DNA from: Acidobacteriota bacterium
GTDB lineage: Bacteria > Acidobacteriota > UBA890 > WLXD01
DNA: 64,000 nucleotides
Assembly (NCBI GenBank): GCA_965205505.1
Contig: CBDBHB010000008.1
Span: 352,001 to 416,000, forward strand
Reading direction: 5' to 3'
The position numbers were made by a program, and so were the translations under genes. A model generated the notes under the pieces. It did no database searches. It had not been told where the DNA came from and saw nothing but the letters and a program-made list of their open reading frames with translations. Of the stretch, positions 32,393 through 44,442 are shown piece after piece; within the stretch, counting starts at the first letter, position 1, and each line of letters begins with the position of its first letter.

Positions 32393-32539
32393 CTAATACT
32401 GACTTTTACTAGGCCCCCAAGATCCCCGGACGGTGCCTGCTCGAGGGGGCTCAAGCGACCACATCACGGAGGCAACGCCAATCGACAGGATCAGCAACAG
32501 CGCACTGCCGGTCCATTTGGGCATACGCAACCGGAGCAT
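32393..32539 (-). pseudogene. Truncated paralog of the N-terminus of the TlpA-like gene
   Basis: MLRLRMPKWTGSALLLILSIGVASVMWSL versus MIFGRHMPEWVSSALFLTLAVGTAYVMWAL; similar GGGAGG...AAAACATG start context. Confidence 0.65.
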
Positions 32540-32850
32540 GTTTTTCTGACCCTCCCGGGACTCGTTAGGTCTGGCAATCGGGGACAGCGTGCCGAGCTGT
32601 CTCAACTCGTGATTCCTCCGAGAATTACTTCTTGATGACTCACAACCCCGCTCGAAGGCGGTCACTTGTTCGCCGGGTTTGACTCGCGGTTCCAACAGGC
32701 GTCACGATGAGGTTTCTGGTAAACCCGCACCCAAGGAATAGTCCGCGTGGCCGATTTCCGAAGTTGTAGGCGCGTATCCTTGGCGCGGCCCCGGCGACGC
32801 GCCTCGGCGCACGGCCGGACGCGGCCTCGCCAGGGCCTTTGAGCTGAGGC

Positions 32851-33753
32851 ATGGTCGACGACCTCACGACGGTCATCTGGCTGGCCGGGGCCGGTCGCTG
32901 GCTCGCCTACGCGTGCACGCTCTGGATCGGTGGCACCGTCCTGGCGGAGCTCTTGCTGGTCGGCGCGGACGTCGACCGGCGACCAATGGGTCGCCGACTC
33001 GCCGGGCCAGCAATTGCCGCAGCCGCCGGCTTGGTGGCGCTGCGCGCGAGCCTGCTCTGGGCACAGGCATGGCTGCTGTTCGCTCTCGATGAACCGGTTA
33101 CGTTCGAGCTCGTACGCGTGGTGGCGCTACGGACCAGTTGGGGGACCGGATGGCAATGTCAGGTCGCCGCCGGGATCGTGGCGCTGATCGGCTTCGCGCT
33201 TCGTCGGGCGGGTGCACCCGCCGGACGGGTGGTGGCCGCGGTCGGCTGTGCCGGCGCGGCGCTAAGCGTGCCGCTGACCGGGCACGCCGTCGAGCAAGGA
33301 TGGCTGAACGTGCCGGTCGGAACACAGATGCTGCATGTGGTCGGCGCCACCGCCTGGATCGGAACGCTAGCGGTGCTGGCGACTGTGCTCCTCCGCCCCG
33401 GCGCGACCGTTACCCACCACGAGGTAGCGCGCGCCATTCACCGCTTCTCGCCGTTGGCGCTGACCGCAGCGGCGACTCTATTGCTCACCGGCGTCACGAC
33501 CTCGTGGTTCTACATGGGCGAGATCAACGCACTCTGGACAACGAACTACGGGCGAGCGCTGGCGCTCAAGGCTCTGGTGTTCGTAACGATCGGGTCCATC
33601 GGCTACATCAACTGGCGACGGGTGCGTCCGCAGCTCGGAACCAGCGCCGGCACCGATCGCCTGCGCCGCAGCGTCGCCGTCGAGCTAACGTGGGCGACTG
33701 TGCTCCTGCTCGTCACCGCGGTACTGGTGGCGTTGCCGATGCCCATGGGCTGA
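32851..33753 (+). CDS. copD: CopD family copper resistance membrane protein
   Basis: LTGHA, LHVVGATAWIGTL, RFSPLA, TNYGRALALK. Confidence 0.85.
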   Translation: MVDDLTTVIWLAGAGRWLAYACTLWIGGTVLAELLLVGADVDRRPMGRRLAGPAIAAAAGLVALRASLLWAQAWLLFALDEPVTFELVRVVALRTSWGTGWQCQVAAGIVALIGFALRRAGAPAGRVVAAVGCAGAALSVPLTGHAVEQGWLNVPVGTQMLHVVGATAWIGTLAVLATVLLRPGATVTHHEVARAIHRFSPLALTAAATLLLTGVTTSWFYMGEINALWTTNYGRALALKALVFVTIGSIGYINWRRVRPQLGTSAGTDRLRRSVAVELTWATVLLLVTAVLVALPMPMG

Positions 33754-33839
33754 TTCGACGCGGATCGGCGCGCGATATCATCGTCTCGAACGGACGCGAG
33801 GTCCTTCCAGCACCAGCACAGGCGCCCGAGGAGGTCATC

Positions 33840-34133
33840 ATCAACGACGAACGCGAGCCCCCGCGCGTGACCGTCAACCCGGTCACGGAACAGCTGGAGA
33901 TGGAATATCCATGCCAGTGGCTCTACAAGCTGATCGGTGCTGACGAGACCTCGCTACGGCAGGCTGTTCTCGAGGTGATCGACGTGCAGGAAGTGACGAT
34001 CGAGCTGTCCAACACCAGCTCCGGCGGCAACTACGTGTCGATCAACGTCGCGGTCCGGGTCTCCAACGCCAACGAACGCACTGGGTTCTATGAATCGCTG
34101 CGAGCGCATCGATCCGTCCGCATGGTGCTTTGA
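33840..34133 (+). CDS. YbeD/HP0495 (DUF493) family protein; start uncertain (ATC 33840 or ATG 33900)
   Basis: EYPCQWLYKLIG, SSGGNYVSINV, VRMVL* C-terminus. Confidence 0.82.
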   Translation: MNDEREPPRVTVNPVTEQLEMEYPCQWLYKLIGADETSLRQAVLEVIDVQEVTIELSNTSSGGNYVSINVAVRVSNANERTGFYESLRAHRSVRMVL

Positions 34134-34191
34134 GTCAGCACGGGCGCTGGGTTCTGAAGAAACCGGGATTCGTGACTCCCAGGGGCACGAT

Positions 34192-36078
34192 TCAGACGAT
34201 GCGTTCCGACCCTGTCGGTTTTCCGATGTACCGCGCGGCCGCGTAGATCGCCGCCGCCCCCGCCAACATTCCGACCCACCAGGGCATTCCGAACCCGCTC
34301 GGCAGCGTGCCCAGCCCCACGGCCACCGTGCCCGCCAGCAAGGCGTACGGCATCTGCGTGCGCACGTGCTCGATGTGATCGCACCCCGACGCCATCGAAG
34401 ACAGGATGGTGGTGTCGGAGATCGGCGAGCAATGGTCCCCGAGCACCGCACCCGCCAGGACACACGACACGGACGAGTAAAGAATGTGCATCTGACTCTG
34501 GGCACCCGCGGCGCTCAACACGGCCCACACGAGCGGCACGACGAGCGGCATGAGGATTCCCATCGTCGCCCAGCTCGACCCGGTCGAGAACGCCGTGGCG
34601 CCAGCGAGAACGAACACGAGCGACGGCACCACAGCCGGCGTCAGCGAATCGCCGAGGATCGTGACCAGGTAGCTCGCTGTCTGGAGTCCGCCGGAAACAG
34701 CGGCGAGTGACCACGCCAACACCAGGATGATCATCGCGAAGAGCATCTGCTTGAGCCCTGCGTACCAGGCGTCGACGATCTCCGTCAGGGTCAGGATGCG
34801 CTGACCGATCGTCATTGCAACTGCCACCACAGTGCCCAGCAGCGAGCCCCACATCAGCGCCGTGTTGGAGTCGGCGGTGCCAATGATGTCGCGAATCGAA
34901 TCGCCGGTACCGGTGGCGTAGAGTCCGCCGATTACCCCGAAGATGAGCACCGCCAACGGGATGATCGAATTGATGGCGCGTATCGGGCGGCCCTCTTTGA
35001 GCCGCAGCTCAGTGGCGTCGGCCGCCGCCGCGTCGTCGACCTTGGCGCCAGGTCCCAGAACCTGGCCGGTCGTGCGGGCCCGCGTCTCGGCCGCGTGCAT
35101 GGGTCCGAAATCGCGGCGCAAGCCGGCCACGGTGAACACCATGAACATGGTCAGGAACGGATAGTAGCTGTAGGCGATCGAGTTGAGGAAAATTGCGTAG
35201 CTCGACACCTGTATCGCAGGGATCGACGCGATCGCGGTATCGATCAGACCTACCTGATAGCCGATCCAGGTCGACACCAACGCCACGCAGGCGACAGGGG
35301 CGGCAGTCGAGTCGACGATGTAGGCGAGCTTCTCGCGCGATATCCTCAGGCGATCGGTTACCTGCCGCATGGTGTTGCCGACCACCAGCGTGTTGGTGTA
35401 GTCGTCGAAGAAAATCGCCACGCCGAGAGCGCCGGTGGTGAGTTGCCCGCGGCGCCGGTCGGTGGCAAAGCGCACGATGATGTTGACCACACCCTGCATT
35501 CCGCCGTTCTTGATGACGATACCGACCATGCCGCCGATCATGAAGGAGAACAGCAGGATCTGCGCCTGGCTGGGAGTCGAGACCGCGCCCAACACATAGA
35601 CCGCGTAGGTATCGAGCAGGCCGCGAAAGATTCCCCACGGCCCGAACCCGACCAGCGCGGTGGCGCCAAACCACATGCCGAAGAACAGCGCCGGGATCAC
35701 TTGCTTGAACGTCAGCGCCACGGCAATTGCCAGTAGCGCCGGGACGATCGAAATCCAGCCCGGCAACACTCGCACATCGACGGTGGCCACCACTGTCCCG
35801 GCAGACAACAACTCCAACCGGGAATCGCCACGTTGCAGTGTCACATCCACGAACGTCGCCGTGTCGCCGTCGACGCTCGCCTGATAGCGGTTTCCGCCGG
35901 CGCGCAGAACCAGCCCTGGCAGAGTATCGGGTGGACCCGTAGCAGCAACCTGCGTCGGCACGCCGGCGAGCGCGACAGCGGGCGGCTGCAACGCGTAGTC
36001 GGCCTCTTGAGCGTGCGCTGGAGCTGCGGTGAGGAGAAGACAGAAGGCAACGAGCGAGCTCAGGCGGATACGCGACAA
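34192..36078 (-). CDS. NhaC-family Na+/H+ antiporter-like transporter with exported N-domain
   Basis: IFFDDY, SREKLAYIVDSTAAP, TGSSWATM, GDHCSPISDTTILSS. Confidence 0.9.
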   Translation of the reverse strand: MSRIRLSSLVAFCLLLTAAPAHAQEADYALQPPAVALAGVPTQVAATGPPDTLPGLVLRAGGNRYQASVDGDTATFVDVTLQRGDSRLELLSAGTVVATVDVRVLPGWISIVPALLAIAVALTFKQVIPALFFGMWFGATALVGFGPWGIFRGLLDTYAVYVLGAVSTPSQAQILLFSFMIGGMVGIVIKNGGMQGVVNIIVRFATDRRRGQLTTGALGVAIFFDDYTNTLVVGNTMRQVTDRLRISREKLAYIVDSTAAPVACVALVSTWIGYQVGLIDTAIASIPAIQVSSYAIFLNSIAYSYYPFLTMFMVFTVAGLRRDFGPMHAAETRARTTGQVLGPGAKVDDAAAADATELRLKEGRPIRAINSIIPLAVLIFGVIGGLYATGTGDSIRDIIGTADSNTALMWGSLLGTVVAVAMTIGQRILTLTEIVDAWYAGLKQMLFAMIILVLAWSLAAVSGGLQTASYLVTILGDSLTPAVVPSLVFVLAGATAFSTGSSWATMGILMPLVVPLVWAVLSAAGAQSQMHILYSSVSCVLAGAVLGDHCSPISDTTILSSMASGCDHIEHVRTQMPYALLAGTVAVGLGTLPSGFGMPWWVGMLAGAAAIYAAARYIGKPTGSERIV

Positions 36079-36131
36079 GGGCAGTCCTTCCTCGCAGGGG
36101 TGACGATCAGGTCCGCCGAATATAGTGCTTT

Positions 36132-36740
36132 TCAGAAGCTCAGCACCAGTCCGACCGACATCTCGAAGTTATGTACGGTCTTGTCGGCAGTCAGGCCGAT
36201 CAGCGGCAGCACGGCCGGATCGATCTTGTCGATCTTGAGCGGGGTGATGTGGTCGCGCACGTCGATGCGCGCCCCCACCGCGCCAAGTCCGAGCTTCACG
36301 CCAACGCCGACGTTGTAGCCCAGGGTAGTGTAATTGTCGGCATCGACGACATCGAACGACAGTCGGTGCAATCCGATGCCGCCTGCCAGGAAGGGGCCTA
36401 CCGGGCCGGGAACCAACTTGACCGCCACGGCAATCTCGGCGTACGTGATACTCGAGCCGATCTGCCCGGGGGTGTCAACGAACAGATCCGTCGGGCTGTA
36501 GAGAATCGCCCCTTCGGCTTGCAACAGGATCGCTCCCAACGACACGCGAGCGCCATACATTCCGGCGTCGCCGAAGCCCAGGCCAACCCCGTTATCTACG
36601 GCATCGAGCACGTCGTCGCCGCCGACGCGGCCGACGGTCAGCGCGACCTCCTGCGCGGTGGCCGCGGCAGGGCTCAGCAGTGCCCCCAGAAGTACCGCGA
36701 AGAAAACACCGCGGACGAACCTTGTGTGCGCAGAGCCCAT
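36132..36740 (-). CDS. Outer-membrane beta-barrel protein
   Basis: Signal peptide, amphipathic strands, C-terminal Phe. Confidence 0.7.
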   Translation of the reverse strand: MGSAHTRFVRGVFFAVLLGALLSPAAATAQEVALTVGRVGGDDVLDAVDNGVGLGFGDAGMYGARVSLGAILLQAEGAILYSPTDLFVDTPGQIGSSITYAEIAVAVKLVPGPVGPFLAGGIGLHRLSFDVVDADNYTTLGYNVGVGVKLGLGAVGARIDVRDHITPLKIDKIDPAVLPLIGLTADKTVHNFEMSVGLVLSF

Positions 36741-36879
36741 CACCACCCCCAAACGTAGCCACTCATGATCTGAGCCCCCCAACAACGAACATTGTCTCGG
36801 ATCCAACCCCACCTGTCATGCCCATCGGCTAAAGTAGCCGGCGGGCGTGTCCGCGCCCCCATTGTCGACAGAGGATCCG

Positions 36880-38319
36880 ATGGCCCGCACACCGCTGCTC
36901 TGGATCGTACTCGTGACCGGCCTGGTCGCTCCCGCCGAGGCGCACCCGCAGACCTCCGCCCCGCCGCCGCCCGCCGTCGACCCGCGCATCTATGAGCTCG
37001 TCGACGCAACCTCTGCCGACCGCGTCGAGGCGTACATCCGACGGCTGGTCGGCTTCGGCACCCGTCACACGATGTCGGAGACGGAGTCGCAAACCCGGGG
37101 CATCGGTGCCGCACGCCGCTGGATCAAGGCCGAGCTCGACAATATCTCGGAACAGTGCGCCAGCTGCCTCGAGGTGAGCCTCCAGAGCTACTTGCAGGAG
37201 GGCGACCCGAGCACCCGCATCCCCACCGATACCGAGATCGTCAACGTGGTTACGATTCTTCGCGGCACGGTGCACCCGAACCGTTACGTGATCATGAGTG
37301 GCGACATCGACTCGCGAGTGTCTGACGGCCTCAACGCCACCAGCGATTCACCCGGCGCCAACGACAACGCCTCCGGAATGGCAGGCACCATCGAAGCGGC
37401 GCGCGTTTTGTCGCGCTACAAGTACGGGTCGAGCATCATCCTGGTGGGGCTGTCCGGAGAGGAGCAGGGGCTATTCGGTGGTCGCCATATGGCGGCCGTG
37501 GCTCGTGACGAGGGCTGGGATATTGCCGGCATCTTGAACAACGACATGATCGGCAACATCGTGGGGGTCGACGGCGTTATCTCCAACGACACCTTCCGGG
37601 TCTTTTCCGAGCCCACGCCGGTCACCGAGTCGGAGGAGAGCCGGCGGCGCAGACGCACCACCGGCGGCGAGGTCGACGGAGTCTCACGGCAGCTCGCCCG
37701 CTATGTGGCGCGCATCACCGATCTCTACATGACCAACCTGCGGGCCATCATGATCTATCGGCTGGACCGTTTCGGTCGCGGCGGCCACCACCGTCCGTTC
37801 AACGACGCCGGGTTCGCAGGCGTGCGCATCATGGAGACGCACGAGAACTACACGCGCCAGCACCAGGACCTGCGGGTTGAAGACGGCATCCACTACGGCG
37901 ACGTGATCGACGGGGTCAACTTCGACTACGCGCGGAAGCTGACCGCGGTGAACATTGCGTCGCTGGCAGCGCTTGCCTGGGCACCTCCGCAACCGGCGGA
38001 GGTGGCGATCGCTGGCGCGGTGCGCCCCGCCGCGACGTTGCGGTGGCTTCGCGTCGACTCGCCGCTGGTCGCCGGTTACAAGCTCTACTGGCGCGAGACC
38101 ACAGCGCCCCAGTGGCAGAAATCGCGCTGGGTCGGCAGCGGCAACGACTGCAACTTCGAGTCGCCGGCGGGTGACGACTGTCGCGAATACACCCTCGACG
38201 GACTGGTGATCGACAATTTCCTGTTCGGCGTTGCCGCCGTGGGACACGATGGCAACGAGAGCGTCGTCGTGTTTCCAGGCGCCTCGGCGCAGCTCACGCC
38301 GCCACGCTTCCGGCGTTAG
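36880..38319 (+). CDS. M28 family peptidase with C-terminal FN3-like domain
   Basis: PGANDNASG, SGEEQGL, NNDMIG. Confidence 0.9.
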   Translation: MARTPLLWIVLVTGLVAPAEAHPQTSAPPPPAVDPRIYELVDATSADRVEAYIRRLVGFGTRHTMSETESQTRGIGAARRWIKAELDNISEQCASCLEVSLQSYLQEGDPSTRIPTDTEIVNVVTILRGTVHPNRYVIMSGDIDSRVSDGLNATSDSPGANDNASGMAGTIEAARVLSRYKYGSSIILVGLSGEEQGLFGGRHMAAVARDEGWDIAGILNNDMIGNIVGVDGVISNDTFRVFSEPTPVTESEESRRRRRTTGGEVDGVSRQLARYVARITDLYMTNLRAIMIYRLDRFGRGGHHRPFNDAGFAGVRIMETHENYTRQHQDLRVEDGIHYGDVIDGVNFDYARKLTAVNIASLAALAWAPPQPAEVAIAGAVRPAATLRWLRVDSPLVAGYKLYWRETTAPQWQKSRWVGSGNDCNFESPAGDDCREYTLDGLVIDNFLFGVAAVGHDGNESVVVFPGASAQLTPPRFRR

Positions 38320-38340
38320 CAGACCGGCGGCACATCGATC

Positions 38341-39735
38341 ATGGAGCCGCTACCAACGCTCGGCAACGCCGTTGCAGCCCAGCTGAGCTCGATGCTGGGC
38401 AGGCGCTTCAGCACGGCAGACGCCATCCGCAGCCATCATGCGCACGGCGAGGGCTGGGACGCGCCGGTGCTTCCCGGCGGGGTCTGCTTCCCGGAAAGTA
38501 ACGAGGAGGTGGCGGCTATCGTCGCCACGTGCGCCCAACATCGCACGCCCGTTGTTCCCTTCGGCGCCGGCAGCTCGCTCGAAGGGCATGTCGTCCCTCC
38601 GGCGCACGGCGTGTCCATCGACATGACGCGCATGAACCGCATCCTGCGGGTGAATCAGGAGGACCTCGATTGCCGCGTGCAGGCAGGGGTGACGCGCCAG
38701 CAGCTCGACGCACACCTGCAGCCGCAGGGGATGTTCTTCCCTGTCGACCCGGGTGCCGACGCCACGCTGGGAGGCATGACCGCTACCGGCGCCTCCGGAA
38801 CCACCACCGTGCGCTACGGCGCGATGCGCGAGAACGTGCTCGGCCTCACGGTGGTGCTCGCCGACGGAACTATCGTGCAAACCGGAGGTAGAGCACGCAA
38901 GTCTTCGGCCGGCTACGACCTCACGCGATTGTTCATCGGCTCGGAAGGCACGCTGGGAATCATCACCGAGGTCCAGCTCCGGCTGCGCGGCGTTCCGGAG
39001 GCGATCTCGGCCGCCGTCTGTCAGTTCGACCGCATCGGCGCCGCGGTCGAAACGGTAATCGAGGCAATGCAGATCGGCGTGGATCTGGCGCGTAGCGAGC
39101 TGGTCGACGCGCTGATGATGAAGGGCTTCGCACTGCATTCTGGCCTCGACGAGTACGCCCAGCAGCCGACGCTCTTTCTCGAGTTCCACGGCACTCCGGA
39201 ATCGGTCGATGAGCAGGGCCGCCTGGTGGCCGAGGTGTGCGCGCGCAACGGTGGCTCCGAGGTACGTCGGGCGAGCCGCACCGAGGATCGCAGTCGGCTA
39301 TGGAAGGCGCGTCACGACGCCTACTACGCCGTCATCGCGCTCGCGCCAGGCAAGCGCGGCCTGATCACCGACGCCTGCGTGCCGCTTTCCCGGCTCACAG
39401 AATGCATCGAGGCGACGCAGGCCGATATCGAGGAGAACGGGCTGCTGGCCCCGATAGTGGGGCACATCGGCGACGGCAATTTCCACTGTCAGGTGATGTG
39501 CGACCCCGACGACGAGGACGAAGTTGCCGCGGCCAAGTCGTTCGTGACCCGGCTCGCCGAGCGCGCTATCGACATGGGGGGTACGTGCACCGGCGAGCAC
39601 GGCGTGGGCAGCGGCAAGATTGACTTCGTCGAGCGCGAGCACGGTGCCGCGGTCGATGTCATGCGCACCATCAAGCAGGCCCTGGATCCCCTCAACCTCA
39701 TGAACCCGGGCAAGGTGCTGCGGATCGCGCCGTGA
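38341..39735 (+). CDS. FAD-linked oxidase (D-lactate dehydrogenase/GlcD-like)
   Basis: PFGAGSSLEG, GSEGTLG, GHIGDGNFH, TGEHGVG, MNPGK. Confidence 0.92.
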   Translation: MEPLPTLGNAVAAQLSSMLGRRFSTADAIRSHHAHGEGWDAPVLPGGVCFPESNEEVAAIVATCAQHRTPVVPFGAGSSLEGHVVPPAHGVSIDMTRMNRILRVNQEDLDCRVQAGVTRQQLDAHLQPQGMFFPVDPGADATLGGMTATGASGTTTVRYGAMRENVLGLTVVLADGTIVQTGGRARKSSAGYDLTRLFIGSEGTLGIITEVQLRLRGVPEAISAAVCQFDRIGAAVETVIEAMQIGVDLARSELVDALMMKGFALHSGLDEYAQQPTLFLEFHGTPESVDEQGRLVAEVCARNGGSEVRRASRTEDRSRLWKARHDAYYAVIALAPGKRGLITDACVPLSRLTECIEATQADIEENGLLAPIVGHIGDGNFHCQVMCDPDDEDEVAAAKSFVTRLAERAIDMGGTCTGEHGVGSGKIDFVEREHGAAVDVMRTIKQALDPLNLMNPGKVLRIAP

Positions 39736-39751
39736 CGCGGCACCGTCCGGG

Positions 39752-40333
39752 TCAGCCCGACGGTTCGCTGCTCACTGCCGACCGCCGGCGACCGCCAAAC
39801 ACCCGATACAGCAAGTACAGCAAGCCGATGGCGAGAGTGAATGTCACCACCGGCACGAAGATAGACAGCACGGAGCCCGACAGGCTCACCACGTCCTCCA
39901 CCATGCTGAGCGCCGGATTGGCGACGCCCGCTGTCGAGGCCGACGACACCAGGCGCGCACCCGACTTGGCGGCGTGCACACCGCCCGCTACCGAGCCGCC
40001 AATAATGACACCGACGACCAGTCCGGTGAGCGGATCGAGGGTGGTAATCGGTGAGGCGGCAGCTACGGCTCCGGCGATCGGTCGCGCGAACGTACCGGCC
40101 ACGTCGAGCAGGTGATCAACAACCGGGAACTTGTCGCCGAGCACCTCCGCACCCACCGCAAGCGCGAAGACGGTCAATGCTGGTGTCGAGGCCATCCACT
40201 CGAAGGACCCGCTGAGCGCGATGACTTCGAAACGGCCCGCCAGTCCCACTACCAACAGCGGCAGGAATGCCCGCAGGCCGGCGGACGCCGCCAGGCCGAC
40301 GCCCATCATTAGCTGCCATGCCAGCTCAACCAT
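39752..40333 (-). CDS. DUF4126 membrane protein
   Basis: GLAASAGLRAFLPL, EVLGDKFPVVDH, NPALSMVED. Confidence 0.85.
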   Translation of the reverse strand: MVELAWQLMMGVGLAASAGLRAFLPLLVVGLAGRFEVIALSGSFEWMASTPALTVFALAVGAEVLGDKFPVVDHLLDVAGTFARPIAGAVAAASPITTLDPLTGLVVGVIIGGSVAGGVHAAKSGARLVSSASTAGVANPALSMVEDVVSLSGSVLSIFVPVVTFTLAIGLLYLLYRVFGGRRRSAVSSEPSG

Positions 40334-40356
40334 ATGGCGATTCTAGCAGCCAGCTG

Positions 40357-41097
40357 CTAGCCGTTGAGCGCCGGGGACTCCTCCAGCGCGTCTACCAGCA
40401 CATCGGCGATGCGATGCAGGCAAGCTCCGTCGGTGACGTGCCGCTGGTTGACCTCGAGCTCGATTCCCACGAAACGCTGTGGCGAATGCTCCCGTCGCAT
40501 CGCCGGCAAGATGCCGTCTGCAGTGCCGCTGTAGGGGCGGTTGAACCAGACCACGAGGTCGGTCGTGCGCTCGAATCGAGCCTTGATATCGGCGCACACG
40601 GCGTGCTCGATGCCCCAATGCGGATCGTGTAGGAGACCGATGTCGTTGCCGCGGGCGCTTCCCGCTAGCGCCGGCGTGAAGGTGTGCACGCACACCTGCA
40701 CGCAACGTCCCTGGCGGGCGACAATCTGGTCGGCGGCGGCGGCCACCCCATCCCTGTAGGGCCGGTAGTAGAGATCGATACGAGACTTCCGATCGTCGGC
40801 GCTGAGTCCGTAGTTGAACGGCACCCGATGACCGTCGGAGATCCGCCGAATCAGCATCCGGTTGTCGACCGAGCGGTTCAGATCGACTACCAGGCGAGAG
40901 AACTCACCGCTCCAAACAGGCACCTGCCATCGCCCGGCGATGCGTTCGGCGATCACCAGCGCACCCGGATCCCACGCGATGTGAAGATCCAGCAGGTGTC
41001 GGTCGAGGGTGAGCTCCCTCGGCAGGCGATTCGACGCGTGCTCACAGGTCACCAGCACTTGTTCGCGCAGCATGGGCAAGTGGCTCCCTTCGCACAT
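40357..41097 (-). CDS. N-formylglutamate amidohydrolase family protein
   Basis: TCEHAS, HIAWDPGA, SRLVVDLNR, HTFTP. Confidence 0.88.
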   Translation of the reverse strand: MCEGSHLPMLREQVLVTCEHASNRLPRELTLDRHLLDLHIAWDPGALVIAERIAGRWQVPVWSGEFSRLVVDLNRSVDNRMLIRRISDGHRVPFNYGLSADDRKSRIDLYYRPYRDGVAAAADQIVARQGRCVQVCVHTFTPALAGSARGNDIGLLHDPHWGIEHAVCADIKARFERTTDLVVWFNRPYSGTADGILPAMRREHSPQRFVGIELEVNQRHVTDGACLHRIADVLVDALEESPALNG

Positions 41098-41169
41098 CCA
41101 TCGCCGTGGCGGCGGCCCCGGTCGGGTATTGTAGCCAGCGGCTGGTGAACCCGCTGACAGGAGAGAGCT

Positions 41170-41334
41170 TTGGCGGCCACGCCCGCGGCGGCTCGGCGCT
41201 TCGAAGCGCTGGGAGCCTCGATCGTGCTCGTGCCCACCGACTCTGCCGTGGCGTCGTGGGAACGCTCCGACTGCTTCAGCGAGCTCTATCGAGATTCCGC
41301 GTGGCTCGCCGTCCGCGTGAATGGCGCCTGCTAG
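41170..41334 (+). CDS. Possible 54-aa ORF or gene remnant ending in the repeat's left CTAG
   Basis: GGAG + TTG; open frame LAATP...LYRDSAWLAVRVNGAC*. Confidence 0.3.
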   Translation: MAATPAAARRFEALGASIVLVPTDSAVASWERSDCFSELYRDSAWLAVRVNGAC

Positions 41335-41401
41335 CAGGCGGTGGTGGAAGTGTGGCCCGAAGGGTTACGGCCACCACACTTCCACCACGGCGGCCTGCTA
41401 G
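41331..41401. mobile_element. Complete 71-bp MITE-like element with inverted ends and CTAG at both termini
   Basis: CTAGCAGGCGGTGGTGGAAGTGTGG...CCACACTTCCACCACGGCGGCCTGCTAG. Confidence 0.8.
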
Positions 41402-41735
41402 CTCAGCGCAAACACACGGGCAAAGACCTTACCGTCGACGCGCGCAGCGCCATCGCTGCCTACGCAGACGACGCTTGGAGCATCCACCTCCGCTTCCAGC
41501 AGCCGGCAAACCAGGTCCTGCGCGACCCCCACCATGTCGGAACGCTGCTGTTGCGAAGCGAGGTGGTAGCAGATCGGCTCGACTCGCACCTCGACCTCGA
41601 AGCCCGTCAGGGAGCTCTCGACGCTGAACAGGTAGCACGCCGTTTCCACCATCGGATCGCGAGCAAGCGCCTGCACCAGCCGAAGTTGATACGTCTTACC
41701 CGCCGCCTCCTCCTCGTGCCCGTCAGCCTCAGGCG

Positions 41736-41739
<4 letters not shown>
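41398..41739 (-). CDS. Hypothetical protein
   Basis: Coupled to the upstream CMD gene by a GTGA overlap; no recognised motif. Confidence 0.55.
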
Positions 41740-44190
<2,451 letters not shown>

Positions 44191-44442
44191 TTACAACTGT
44201 GCGCGCGGCATCGTAACCAGACCCGTCGGAGTTCCACCAGGGATCTGACAAGCCCGACCTGCCACGAGCTAGGAGTCTGATTATGCACCAGGGCATGGCC
44301 GGCGGCGCTCGACGACCAGCTCGGGTTTCGCTCCCCTGTCGACACGTGTTGCCGCTGCTACAATTGCGCCTGACCGTGGACCTTTGGGGGCGGGGCGGTC
44401 CACGTCATTTCCCGTTTCACCGCACCGCGAGGAGGTGGGCCC

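Noticed and set aside
44200-44345. Cobalamin riboswitch-like word AAGCCCGACCTGCC upstream of the TM-repeat gene
   Set aside because: The other conserved B12-box elements (GGGAA, GCCACTG) are not found in the right arrangement.
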